From a virus (Duplodnaviria > Caudoviricetes): 56,178 nucleotides of DNA. Below, piece by piece: positions 37,030 to 46,800 of the stretch (the first letter of the stretch is position 1; every line of letters begins with the position of its first letter). The position numbers and the translations under genes were made by a program. Location: positions 1-56,178 of IMG/VR virus record IMGVR_UViG_3300031757_000001; one strand, given 5' to 3'. The notes below the pieces were generated by a model, which saw nothing but the letters and a program-made list of their open reading frames with translations, made no database searches and had not been told where the DNA came from.

Positions 37030-37592
37030 TGTACCTCGGCCAAATCGCCGAATATATTTGGAACAATGAGGTGGGCGACGGGGTCGTTGCCATACCATCG
37101 GTTATTGCTGCAGAAAAACAGAAAATAGCTGATTACCTTGAGGTTAATATGGGAGTGTTGAACGCCCTACTGAATACTGAGTTTTGCGTGTCAGACAACG
37201 AATCAACGGTTGTCCCAGGTAGCGATGGGTGGAAAAATGGGGGACAAACCAAAACGGTGTCTCCAGCTTTAAATAGGGAGGAGAGCGCAATACTGATACA
37301 GATTTACCTAAGGGACTTCTACAAGAAGAAGGCGAGGACAGTTCTTAATTCCGCAACTACAGCAGACATTGATGCGAGCGTTGGGTCGGTTTCTGACTGG
37401 ACGGAACTAAGGGAGGGGGATTCCGTAATCAAGAGAGTGGCTACTGTTGCTACCCCCGCGCAAAAGACTACCGCCTCTAAATCATTCGAGAATCTTTCTT
37501 CGAGCGCAGGAAACGAAATAAATAATCTGGTCCAAAAATATAATTTATATTTGTCTAAACCTAGGCAGGTGGTCTCGAAAGACGGAGGTTAG
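37029..37592 (+). CDS. Putative head-tail adaptor
   Basis: Position after the capsid gene; ELREGDSVIKR. Confidence 0.45.
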   Translation: MYLGQIAEYIWNNEVGDGVVAIPSVIAAEKQKIADYLEVNMGVLNALLNTEFCVSDNESTVVPGSDGWKNGGQTKTVSPALNREESAILIQIYLRDFYKKKARTVLNSATTADIDASVGSVSDWTELREGDSVIKRVATVATPAQKTTASKSFENLSSSAGNEINNLVQKYNLYLSKPRQVVSKDGG

Positions 37593-37595
37593 TAG

Positions 37596-38066
37596 ATGGC
37601 CAATTTAATTCCAGCCGCCGACAAAACAAAATATGATGCGGTTTTCGATGATATTCACGAAACCTTCGCAAGGACCATTTTTATTTACAAGATATTCAAC
37701 TCTAGGTTCATAGGGATCAATATGAATCAGGACTATAACGGACTTTATGATCAAGCGCTCAACAAGAACGAACTAGGCACGGCCAGCGGCATTAACGAGC
37801 AGGTGAGGAAGATTGAAACGAAGGCTCGCGTATTGTACATGTCCAAGCAGGGAGACTTTGAGGACACCTCTACTGGGCAGCAAACTGCATTAAAATTTCC
37901 AATAGGATCCGTACGGCTAAAGTTGGAATCTGATGCATTTGAATTGATTAAGGATGCAAAAGAGATAGAGGTTGACGGCGAGCTTTTTAATCTAGATACG
38001 GATTCGTCAAAATCTGGGATGTTTTCCGTTAAGCATCACGTAGTTTATCTGAGGAAAATACAGTGA
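37596..38066 (+). CDS. Putative head-closure/neck protein
   Basis: Position; beta-rich, 156 aa. Confidence 0.45.
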   Translation: MANLIPAADKTKYDAVFDDIHETFARTIFIYKIFNSRFIGINMNQDYNGLYDQALNKNELGTASGINEQVRKIETKARVLYMSKQGDFEDTSTGQQTALKFPIGSVRLKLESDAFELIKDAKEIEVDGELFNLDTDSSKSGMFSVKHHVVYLRKIQ

Positions 38067-38659
38067 AAATAAATAAAAAAGGTTTAAATGTGGAGCTCGG
38101 CAGGCAACTTGCTCCTATCCTAAAAAGAAAAGTCCAGACTAAATTGATTCGCGTCGCAAGGGAAGTTGAGGCGATGTTAATCAAGGAATTTGACTCTCAT
38201 CCCGTAACTAAGGAAATTAAAGGCGGGGAAGGCTCGGGCAATATAAGTGGTACGCTTGGGGGTTATGGCAACTTGTTTTCATATATAGGCTTTAGTGACT
38301 CAGATAATCCAATAGAAATTGTTAGATCCTTGTTGGTTAATTCCGTGAAGGTGCAGATGTTGCCCCCGAATAGCAAGGAGATGATTCAGAGCGCAATAAT
38401 ATCCTTACCCACAAAAGCCCAGATTGAGGCTGCAACTCCGCTACCCTGGGCGGGAGGCAGAAGCTGGGTAAAGGGCATAGAGGAAGGTATTTCTGGGCTA
38501 GGGCAGTATTTAAGAAAGGAGTCTGGGAGGCACGGAAGATCTGGTGGCGGCGTGCAGGCAGAGGAAAACGTACGAGGGGGTGGATTTAGGAGAGTGGATT
38601 ATTTATCTGGGATACTTCATAGCTTAACTCAAAACATAACCGCAGCGATAAAAAGGTGA
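38063..38659 (+). CDS. Putative neck/tail-completion protein
   Basis: Position; basic, Gly-rich, 198 aa. Confidence 0.45.
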   Translation: MKINKKGLNVELGRQLAPILKRKVQTKLIRVAREVEAMLIKEFDSHPVTKEIKGGEGSGNISGTLGGYGNLFSYIGFSDSDNPIEIVRSLLVNSVKVQMLPPNSKEMIQSAIISLPTKAQIEAATPLPWAGGRSWVKGIEEGISGLGQYLRKESGRHGRSGGGVQAEENVRGGGFRRVDYLSGILHSLTQNITAAIKR

Positions 38660-39972
38660 ACCAAGAACAAGAAAAGGAAATTTTACGTAGGGCGAGAGTA
38701 AGCGATAGTTTATTCGATCTTAATAACGTCCAAAGCTTTTACCCAGGAACTAAAATAAAAAATGGAGTGGACACTGGAGAGCCTTGCTTGGTTGTGGGGG
38801 TTACAAAAAAAGTAAGGAGCGAAGATTTAAGGAATGAGGATTTAATTCCTGAGTTGATTGGGGACAATCTACAGACAGACGTAGTTGAGGAAAGCGAGCT
38901 TTCCAGGTTCGGCAATTGCGGACTGAGCGAATCTTTAGGGCAGGGCGTACCGCCCTATGGGCCTTGTGATGGGCACGATTACAACTCATCGGGGGATCCT
39001 TTTGCAAATGCACTCGGGGGAATATCAATTGGCCCAAACGATCCCTTAAGGAGGTGGAGCGGAACTTTAGGATTCATAGCGAAAGACGTAACGGATTCAA
39101 AACTCGTAGGAGTTTCAAACAATCATGTTCTCGGAGATTATGTCGATACTGATTATTCTCCGCTTGGATGTTATTTGGAAAATGGGGAACTTCTTGATGA
39201 GTTTAAGTTAAATGAGGACATGAGCCCTTTGGTTCAAAATATGATACAGACCCCTAGCGTGCCCGACTCAAGCAGAAACTCCGTAATCCTGGGGGAGGTA
39301 AAAAGAGCAATTGCGACAAAATGGGGAAGCTCCGTTCTCCCAGCAAATACTGTTGATGCGGCAATAGTGGAACTCACTGAAGATATTCATCCGATGACTG
39401 ATTTGGCGCACCTGTCTGAAAGCGCGCTAAAAGTTGCCGTGGCAAAAATAGGAGAAAGAGTCAGTAAGAGTGGGAGGACAACTGGAGTAACTGGAGTTTC
39501 GAGTTCTACTAGGATAGTTAGCACGAACTACACTGTAGCCATCGGTTCTGGTTGTGAGGACGGGCTTAAAACTAAATTTACCGATTGTATTAAATTTAAC
39601 TGGAACGCCGAAAGAAGTAATAATTGGGAGTTTTTCTCTTACGCGGGAGACTCTGGATCTGCGATAATGATGGACGAGGCTACGGGGAGTAGCTTGGTTG
39701 GGCTTCTTTTCGCTGGAACATATTTTCAAAATTCCACTAGTATGCCTAATCCTCCATATGGCACTGGGGTCGCATGTAAGATACAAAACGTATTTAGCGC
39801 TCTAAACATAGAGGCGTGGAACGGCAATGTGATTTGTGGCGCAAATTCTAGATTTGTAAAAGTAAATGGAAGGTGCTACAGAAACTCGAATACTTCTAAG
39901 CCCCTGGAGCTGATCAGTCATCAAAATCATGAAAAATATGGGACCCTAGGTGAGTGCGTGGGGGATTTGTAA
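38656..39972 (+). CDS. Trypsin/chymotrypsin-fold serine protease with N-terminal pro-like domain
   Basis: GTLG, SNNHV (His), VDAAI (Asp), KSGRTTG, GDSGS (Ser) and VGLLFAG. Confidence 0.85.
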   Translation: MNQEQEKEILRRARVSDSLFDLNNVQSFYPGTKIKNGVDTGEPCLVVGVTKKVRSEDLRNEDLIPELIGDNLQTDVVEESELSRFGNCGLSESLGQGVPPYGPCDGHDYNSSGDPFANALGGISIGPNDPLRRWSGTLGFIAKDVTDSKLVGVSNNHVLGDYVDTDYSPLGCYLENGELLDEFKLNEDMSPLVQNMIQTPSVPDSSRNSVILGEVKRAIATKWGSSVLPANTVDAAIVELTEDIHPMTDLAHLSESALKVAVAKIGERVSKSGRTTGVTGVSSSTRIVSTNYTVAIGSGCEDGLKTKFTDCIKFNWNAERSNNWEFFSYAGDSGSAIMMDEATGSSLVGLLFAGTYFQNSTSMPNPPYGTGVACKIQNVFSALNIEAWNGNVICGANSRFVKVNGRCYRNSNTSKPLELISHQNHEKYGTLGECVGDL

Positions 39973-40044
39973 AAAACATTTCACATTTGGGGGTTTATGC
40001 TGTAATAACTAATAACCTCGACTATAAACTAAAATTTAAAAACC

Positions 40045-41373
40045 ATGAGTAGAAATAGAATTATATACCAATCTCAGGCCCTGTACGTAGGGACAAGTCT
40101 CACCGCGCCACAAACAGTAGGCAACAACAAGGAGCTGCATCGCGTACAGGACATCAGCTTTAACGTGGATGTCCCCCGAGTGGATATCAATGAATTCGGG
40201 CAACTCGCCGCACTTGGCAGGGAGATTACTGAGCCGCCCACGGTTTCGATGGACTTTAGCTATTACTTGCACAACGGCTTGAATGAGTCGGTGTTGGGGT
40301 TTGAGGTAAATCGGGCGAAGAAGACCGCGAGACAGGCCGCTGCTGCTCAGGACCTTAAGTCTGCGATTGTCGATATTATCGACACGTCGAAGAGTAAGGA
40401 CGAGTATAATTATTACATTTTAACCAAGAAAGAGGGGCAGGACGCGCATGGTGATAGTAATACAGACACTGATGGCCTAGTTGCTATTGGCAACGGCTTT
40501 ATTACTTCCTTAAGCATTGAGGGGGCTGTCGGGGATTACCCCACGGCGTCAGTTTCCACGGAGGCTTCGAATATTACTTTTGGTGATTATAATGCTAGCG
40601 GGAGCACTGGCTCAAGGGTGACGAATCCCGCTATTAATTCCAGCACTGGAGTAAAGGTAAATGATAACAATATCGTTCTTCCTACGTCGGACAACCGTCT
40701 TGGTGCCACCGAGGACCTGGCGGGCATTACTGCTCTTCGCGCTGGAGACGTTTCAATTCAGTTCTTCTCTCCTGATGAGCTTGTGTCAGTGGAAGGTGGA
40801 ATCGCACATGACGCAGATAAAAAGCTCAAGATGGGCGGCGCGGCACTCCCCTCGAACATAACCGATGGTGATGCCGCCGAGGATAACCCCACCTCGATGC
40901 ACATTCAGAACTTCAGCGTTGAACTTCCGATGTCAAGAACCCCTCTCAATAGGATCGGAAGCTTCTTCCCGTTTTCTCGCGAAGTCGACTTTCCGATTAC
41001 TGGGTCGTTCTCAATTAGCGCAAATGTTGCAGATTTCCAGGAAGGGGATCTTTACGACACCGTTTGCGGCGACGACAAAAAGTACGCAGTAATTACGATG
41101 AAAAACAAATGTAGTTCCTCGCTTGGTGACGGTGAAGTTGAATACCAAATCGTAATTAAGGGAGCGACTCTCGACAGTCAAAACTTTAGTCATGGAATTG
41201 GCGATCAACAAAGCGTTGATCTGACTTTCTCCGTTCCCCTGGGATCTAACGTCTCGACTGGAGACGGAATATTCCTGCTTGGAAGCACTTCAAAGACTGG
41301 CTCGGATGCCGATCAGGACGCTGTATCTTCACCAGTGGCAACGGCAACGGGAACGCGAACCATGGAATGGTAA
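40045..41373 (+). CDS. Major tail (tube) protein, putative
   Basis: 442 aa, beta-rich with two similar halves; own promoter and terminator; upstream of chaperones and tape measure. Confidence 0.65.
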   Translation: MSRNRIIYQSQALYVGTSLTAPQTVGNNKELHRVQDISFNVDVPRVDINEFGQLAALGREITEPPTVSMDFSYYLHNGLNESVLGFEVNRAKKTARQAAAAQDLKSAIVDIIDTSKSKDEYNYYILTKKEGQDAHGDSNTDTDGLVAIGNGFITSLSIEGAVGDYPTASVSTEASNITFGDYNASGSTGSRVTNPAINSSTGVKVNDNNIVLPTSDNRLGATEDLAGITALRAGDVSIQFFSPDELVSVEGGIAHDADKKLKMGGAALPSNITDGDAAEDNPTSMHIQNFSVELPMSRTPLNRIGSFFPFSREVDFPITGSFSISANVADFQEGDLYDTVCGDDKKYAVITMKNKCSSSLGDGEVEYQIVIKGATLDSQNFSHGIGDQQSVDLTFSVPLGSNVSTGDGIFLLGSTSKTGSDADQDAVSSPVATATGTRTMEW

Positions 41374-41398
41374 ATTTTCAACCCCAAACATATCCTTT

Positions 41399-41431
41399 AA
41401 AACCCTCGATGTTTCACATCGGGGGTTTTTT
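41399..41431 (+). terminator. Rho-independent terminator overlapping the next promoter
   Basis: AAAACCCTCGATG-TTTCA-CATCGGGGGTTTT. Confidence 0.75.
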
Positions 41432-41465
41432 GTGTATTAATATTCAAGGTACAAGGTAAAAGTTT

Positions 41466-41771
41466 ATGTCTAAAGATTTAAATCCAAATGATTTTCTGCG
41501 CTTTCAGATGCGTAGAAATGTTACTAATTTATACAAGTCGTTTCTTGTATTAATAGAAGATCTAGAGAGAGATCAGGAGCTTCAGTTCTCCAAGCTTAAG
41601 GCGGCAATGCCAGAACACGAGAAGCTATTAAGCCAGGCGGAATTTCTTGATTCTGGGAAAAGCAACTACATTAGGAAGAAAATTCTTGATTCTGGGAATA
41701 GCGCGATAAGGGAGCTTATGACTGAATTGGAAAATTATGATGTAAATTTTTCTCAAAATGGATATAATTAA
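41466..41771 (+). CDS. Hypothetical protein (tail region)
   Basis: 101-aa helical ORF. Confidence 0.65.
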   Translation: MSKDLNPNDFLRFQMRRNVTNLYKSFLVLIEDLERDQELQFSKLKAAMPEHEKLLSQAEFLDSGKSNYIRKKILDSGNSAIRELMTELENYDVNFSQNGYN

Positions 41772-41789
41772 AAAATAAGGTATAAGGTT

Positions 41790-42776
41790 ATGAGCGAAAA
41801 AACAAAAAACAAAGAAACAGAAACTAAAGCGGATCCGCCGAAAAAGAATGAAGGGGAGAAGGAGAAGTTGGAGAAGAAGATGCTCTATTGCTTTGACACC
41901 TCCCTGGAAGAGACTTCCGAAAAGGAGGTCGAGGTAGAGAAAGAGGTCGAGGTAGAGAAGGATGTTGAGGTTAAGCGCAGAAGGAAAAACAAAGAGACTG
42001 GCAAGATGGAAAATGTTGCGGTAATAGAAAAGCGCAAGACAAAAGAGAAGAAGCTGGTCAAGGAAACCAGGGAGGTTAGCGAGGAAAAGCCATATAGGAT
42101 TTTAATCAAAAAACCAAATAGAACGCAACTGGAAGACGGGGATATGTTTTACAGCCTCCAGCTCAATAAGTTTATTAAGCAGGGCTTAATGACCAAGGCG
42201 ATGCTATCTAAGCAGTATAGCGACCTGGGCGGAACGTTCACAAAGGAGCAGCAAGAATATTATGGAGAGATATATTCAAAATATTACCAGAAGCTCACGC
42301 AGGTGCAAAGGTTTTCGGTAAAAACAGAAGACGAGCTGTCTGAGTCCCAGAAGTCAAGGTTGGAATCTGCCATGGGAGAACTCGCCATTTTAAGGAAACA
42401 AATTACCGAATATGAGTCTTCGCAGAGCATGCTCTTCGAGCATACCGCAGACGTAAAGTCCAGAAATAAGGCCATTATGTGGTACATAGTTAATCTCTCG
42501 CACTTCATAGAGGGAGACGAAGACGAGTTCGAGGTTGTACCTTTGTTTGACGGGGCAACTTACGAACAGAAGTACGACTCCTATAGGGCAATGGAAGAGG
42601 ACGAGGATCCTTTATACATTAAGGTCATCGATAAAATAAGTTCTATAATAACTATATGGTATATGAGCGGCGTGCAGAACGCGAAGGATATTGATGAGTA
42701 TTTAGACGAAATCGACGGAGACTCAGAGGAAGAAGAGGCCCTAGAAGACGAAGAGGAATTGCTTGAGGAGGTTTAA
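41790..42776 (+). CDS. Putative tail assembly chaperone
   Basis: Position between tail tube and tape measure; charged and helical. Confidence 0.5.
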   Translation: MSEKTKNKETETKADPPKKNEGEKEKLEKKMLYCFDTSLEETSEKEVEVEKEVEVEKDVEVKRRRKNKETGKMENVAVIEKRKTKEKKLVKETREVSEEKPYRILIKKPNRTQLEDGDMFYSLQLNKFIKQGLMTKAMLSKQYSDLGGTFTKEQQEYYGEIYSKYYQKLTQVQRFSVKTEDELSESQKSRLESAMGELAILRKQITEYESSQSMLFEHTADVKSRNKAIMWYIVNLSHFIEGDEDEFEVVPLFDGATYEQKYDSYRAMEEDEDPLYIKVIDKISSIITIWYMSGVQNAKDIDEYLDEIDGDSEEEEALEDEEELLEEV

Positions 42777-42784
42777 TTGATGCC

Positions 42785-43771
42785 ATGTCTGACGAGGATA
42801 GGCAAAGATCCGAAGCTTATCTGGATATAATAAAAGGGTACTCAAAGTGCTCTTATATAAATAGGGAGATATATGTTAAGCATTTTGGTATATTTGACCA
42901 ATCCTTGGTTGATGTAAATTACCAAGAGGTTTTCCAGTACGCCAAAAGCCAAGGTTTACCTACTGAGGCGGACAGGCTTGAGGTTTTAGAGAGGGAGGGG
43001 TTTTGGACCAAAGCGGACGAAAGGAAAATAGAGTTCAAGCGGGTGGAGATGAAAGAGCTAGAAACGAGACTCTCTAAGACAATAATCAAAAAACAAAAGG
43101 AGAAGATCCTTGCGAGTCTTGCCGAGCTAAGGGATGGCGTCCGCGAAGAAGAATCTAAAAGGGCGAAACTGCTACACGATACCTGCGAAAGCTTTGCTAG
43201 CGCAAAATCGGTTGACTATATGATTTGGCTGAGTTTTTACGAAGACGCTGAGTTTAATAAAAAGGCGTGGAGCAAAAGGGAGTTTGATGAATTATCAAGG
43301 GGAGACCTAAATGATTTGGTCTTAATGTATAATTCTTGCATGGACCGACTCTCCAATGAGGAGATGAAAAAAATCGCCATATCTTCTAATTTTACGAATT
43401 ATTTCTATTTGTGCGCGGATAATGTTTCTGAATTTTTTGGAAAAAAGATTTTGGATTTGACGTTTTTCCAAACAATGCTAGCCTCCTATGGCCGCCTTTT
43501 TAAGAATATACAAGAAAATAATTCAGATATTCCTGAGTCTGCGCTTAGTGACCCTGATGCTATGATGGATTTCGCCAAATCAAAAAACTCAGAGGGTGAA
43601 AGCGCCGCGTCTAAGGTTAGGGATTCTGAGGGGAGTTACAGTAGGGTTGGCGCAACCACGGAAGACATGATTGACGCTGGGGTAAGCGCCAAAGGGGCAA
43701 AAGATTTGCATGATATTGCTAAGGAGAAGGGTGGGGCGCTAGGTTGGGAAGATTTTGCGACAATGCGTTAA
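42785..43771 (+). CDS. Putative tail assembly chaperone
   Basis: Immediately upstream of the tape measure gene; helical. Confidence 0.5.
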   Translation: MSDEDRQRSEAYLDIIKGYSKCSYINREIYVKHFGIFDQSLVDVNYQEVFQYAKSQGLPTEADRLEVLEREGFWTKADERKIEFKRVEMKELETRLSKTIIKKQKEKILASLAELRDGVREEESKRAKLLHDTCESFASAKSVDYMIWLSFYEDAEFNKKAWSKREFDELSRGDLNDLVLMYNSCMDRLSNEEMKKIAISSNFTNYFYLCADNVSEFFGKKILDLTFFQTMLASYGRLFKNIQENNSDIPESALSDPDAMMDFAKSKNSEGESAASKVRDSEGSYSRVGATTEDMIDAGVSAKGAKDLHDIAKEKGGALGWEDFATMR

Positions 43772-43803
43772 TTTTGCGTGTATATACTTTTAAGGTATAA
43801 GGT

Positions 43804-46800
43804 ATGTCAACAGAAAACGTACAGGTTAGAGTAGGCGCTACTGGACTTGCTGAGAGCATCAGGAGGGAGGCTAATCGCGCCCAGGCGCAATTAGCAAGCA
43901 AGCCAATTAGGCTGAATTTGGACACCAAGGGCTTTAGGCAGCCATTGGGCAGGATAACTCACGATGTAAGTGAGTTCAATAAATCCATGGACGCTTCGGT
44001 TGCTCGCGTTTTGGCATTCGGGGCAGCGATGGGGGTTATAAATGCCATCACTAATTCATTAAAGGCTATGGTTAACGGCACCGTTAAGGTCGAAAAGGCC
44101 CTCAAGGATGTTAATGTCATTTTGAATTTGAACAACAATGCTCTCGCTAAATTCGGAGACCAGTTGTTTGACGTCGCGAGAAAGACTTCTCAGTCATTTG
44201 ATACTGTGTCTGAGGCTGCGGTAGAATTTGCAAGGCAAGGCCTTGGGGCTGCGGAAACCCTTAAGAGAATTAACGACGCAATGATTCTCTCTAGGCTTTC
44301 TGGGTTAAAGGCCGCGGAGTCTGTGTCGTCCCTAACTGCCGCAGTAAACAGTTATGCGAAGGCAGGAATTTCTACAACGCAGGTAATTAATCGCATGGCG
44401 AATGTCGACGCTGCATTTGCCGTTTCGTCTGCAGATCTGGCCAATGCTATACAGAGGGCGGGGGCTTCAGCTCAGGGAGCTAAAGTTGAATTCAATGAGC
44501 TTCTAGCCGCAGTGACTTCCGTACAACAACAAACAGCAAGAGGTGGAGCGGTTATAGGTAATGCGTTCAAAAGTATATTTACAAGAATGCAAAGATCTGG
44601 AGTAAGGGAAACTCTGGAAAACTTAGGGGTTGCAACAGAAAATACAAATGGGAGTCTTAGGTCAGGTATCACGGTACTAAGGGATTATGCAAAAATATAC
44701 AAAAATTTAACTGACCAACAAAAAGCCTATACCGATCAACAAATCGCTGGACTGTTCCAGATAAACAATTTAAAGGCTTTGCTCTCTGACCTTACCTCTG
44801 AGTATTCGGTTTACGATAAAGCCTTAAGGACTGCTGACTCGAGCACAAATCAAGCCATACAAAGAAATGAAGAGCTCAATAAAACCCTCAGCTCTCTTCT
44901 ATTGAGGACTGGGGCAAGTATAGACGAACTTGCAGCGAAGCTTGGTGAGCTTGGCGCAACGGAAGGTATTTCTAAATTAGTGAATATGGTAAAGGGCGTG
45001 GCGGACTTTCTCAATGACATACTGGGTACTGGAGAGGGAGAGGGTAATACTTTTGCTAAAAATTTAGTTAAGGGAATTGGGGGTTTCCTTACGGGCCCTG
45101 GGCTTGTTATTATTGGCGCGGCGCTAGCGAAGATATTTGGCCAAGTCGCGAAATTTGGGACTAGCGCATTTAAGGAAATTTTAGGCTTAAATGTCGAAGC
45201 AAAAAGACAGGAGTCCTTACAGAAAGCCATAGGGGCCACGCTTTCACAGAATGAAAAACTATACGCACAAATAATGGGACTAGCTGGGAACACCGCGCAA
45301 CAAGAGCAGGTCTTACTAAATTATATAAGACAAGAAACAAAGGAGCGCCTAGCTCAAGAGGCGATCATGAAGAGAATCGCTTCAAGTAGTGCGTTCATTG
45401 GTGTGGGCGCTGGGGAGGCGGGGTTTGTCCCCGCGGGAAAAGGGAGGGCAAGGAAAGTAGGCAAAAAGACATTAGGAATGGCCTCTGGCTTTGTTCCAAA
45501 TTTTAGAAGAAATCCCGCTCAATCTGCAGAGTATATGGGCATGGTCTCTGGCGGCTATTCTAAAAAAGCTTTAAGAAATCCCAAAATAAAGAAAACTAAA
45601 ATTCATGATGGCAAAGGGCAGTCTTTTTGGGCGCAAACAAATGGCGCAGAAAACATTAAGACCTTTTCCAATTTATCAGGAAAGAAGGCGACCATGGTGG
45701 TTCCCGAGAAACAAAGCGATGCGTACAAGGCATTTTCAAAGAAATTAAAGAAGAAAATGGCGGCAAGTGGTTTTGTTCCTAATTTTGCAAAGATGCCTAG
45801 GAACTTCCTGGGAACAAAAGCTAGCGATATCAGGAAAGACGGGGCGAACAGGATTTCAACAAAAGAGTTTGACGCAACGAACCTTGTTTCCATGCTTGTT
45901 CCCGACAAGGGGGGCTCGCATATGGTGAAAGGCGGTGTGACTATGCCAGAGGGGCATATACAAAGGGTGAGGTTTATGAAGGTTGGTCCAAATAAAGACC
46001 CAAAGGGAAGGATTAAAAGAGGGCTAGATAAAATCACTCGAATGCAATTAAACCAAGGCTCGAAGATTTTTGCAAATCTTCTGGACAGGAATATACCAAA
46101 GGGCCCAATGACTCGATTCGGTGCCTCAGAGGTGGGAACGACTGCTGGAAGGATATTTGAAAAGGCTGCAGGATCTGTTATGAAATCTCCGTCGTTCGGC
46201 CTTGATACCGCAACGTTTGATTTCATTGGTGGAGACAGGGGCAAGGGTGGAATTTTTGATTGGAAAACCCAGCTTGCAGACGCAAAAAGTTCGAACACTC
46301 CCAGTAATCGAACCTCAATGGCAAAGAAAACAATTGAGTTTGTAATGAAGGGGGCAAAGGGGTGGAGGCAGCAATACAAAGGAGATAAAGACCAGGCGGC
46401 TGTTGAAAAAATTAAAAGAGATGTCGAGAAAGAAGTGGCCAAGACGCGGGTCGGCGGGGAGGGAGCAAAAGGAAGGAAGGTAGGGGCAATCGGCGCAAGG
46501 AGGTTTGGTTGGCGTGCGTCAGGAGGTTACGTCCCTAGCTTCTTTGATATTTTCGGCGGAACATCCAATATGGGGGTGGATCATCTTGGCCCAGCTCATG
46601 GGGTGCAAAAATTTCAGGCGCCGCCATCCCGAATGGCGGCTTCAACGGGAAATAAAATGGGTAAAAATTTCTGGATGGCCATGGATGCTCTTGGGGTTAC
46701 CAACGTATCAAGAAGCTTTAATCTCACGTCTCATAGTCGGGCCGATCTAGACACTTTTAAAAACAAAACGCTTCCAAAAAATCTTCGTAGTGGTAATATA

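Noticed and set aside
41790-43771. Programmed -1 frameshift joining the two chaperone genes (lambda G/GT type)
   Set aside because: No convincing slippery heptamer near the end of 41790-42776, and the second gene has its own ATG 8 nt after the stop.
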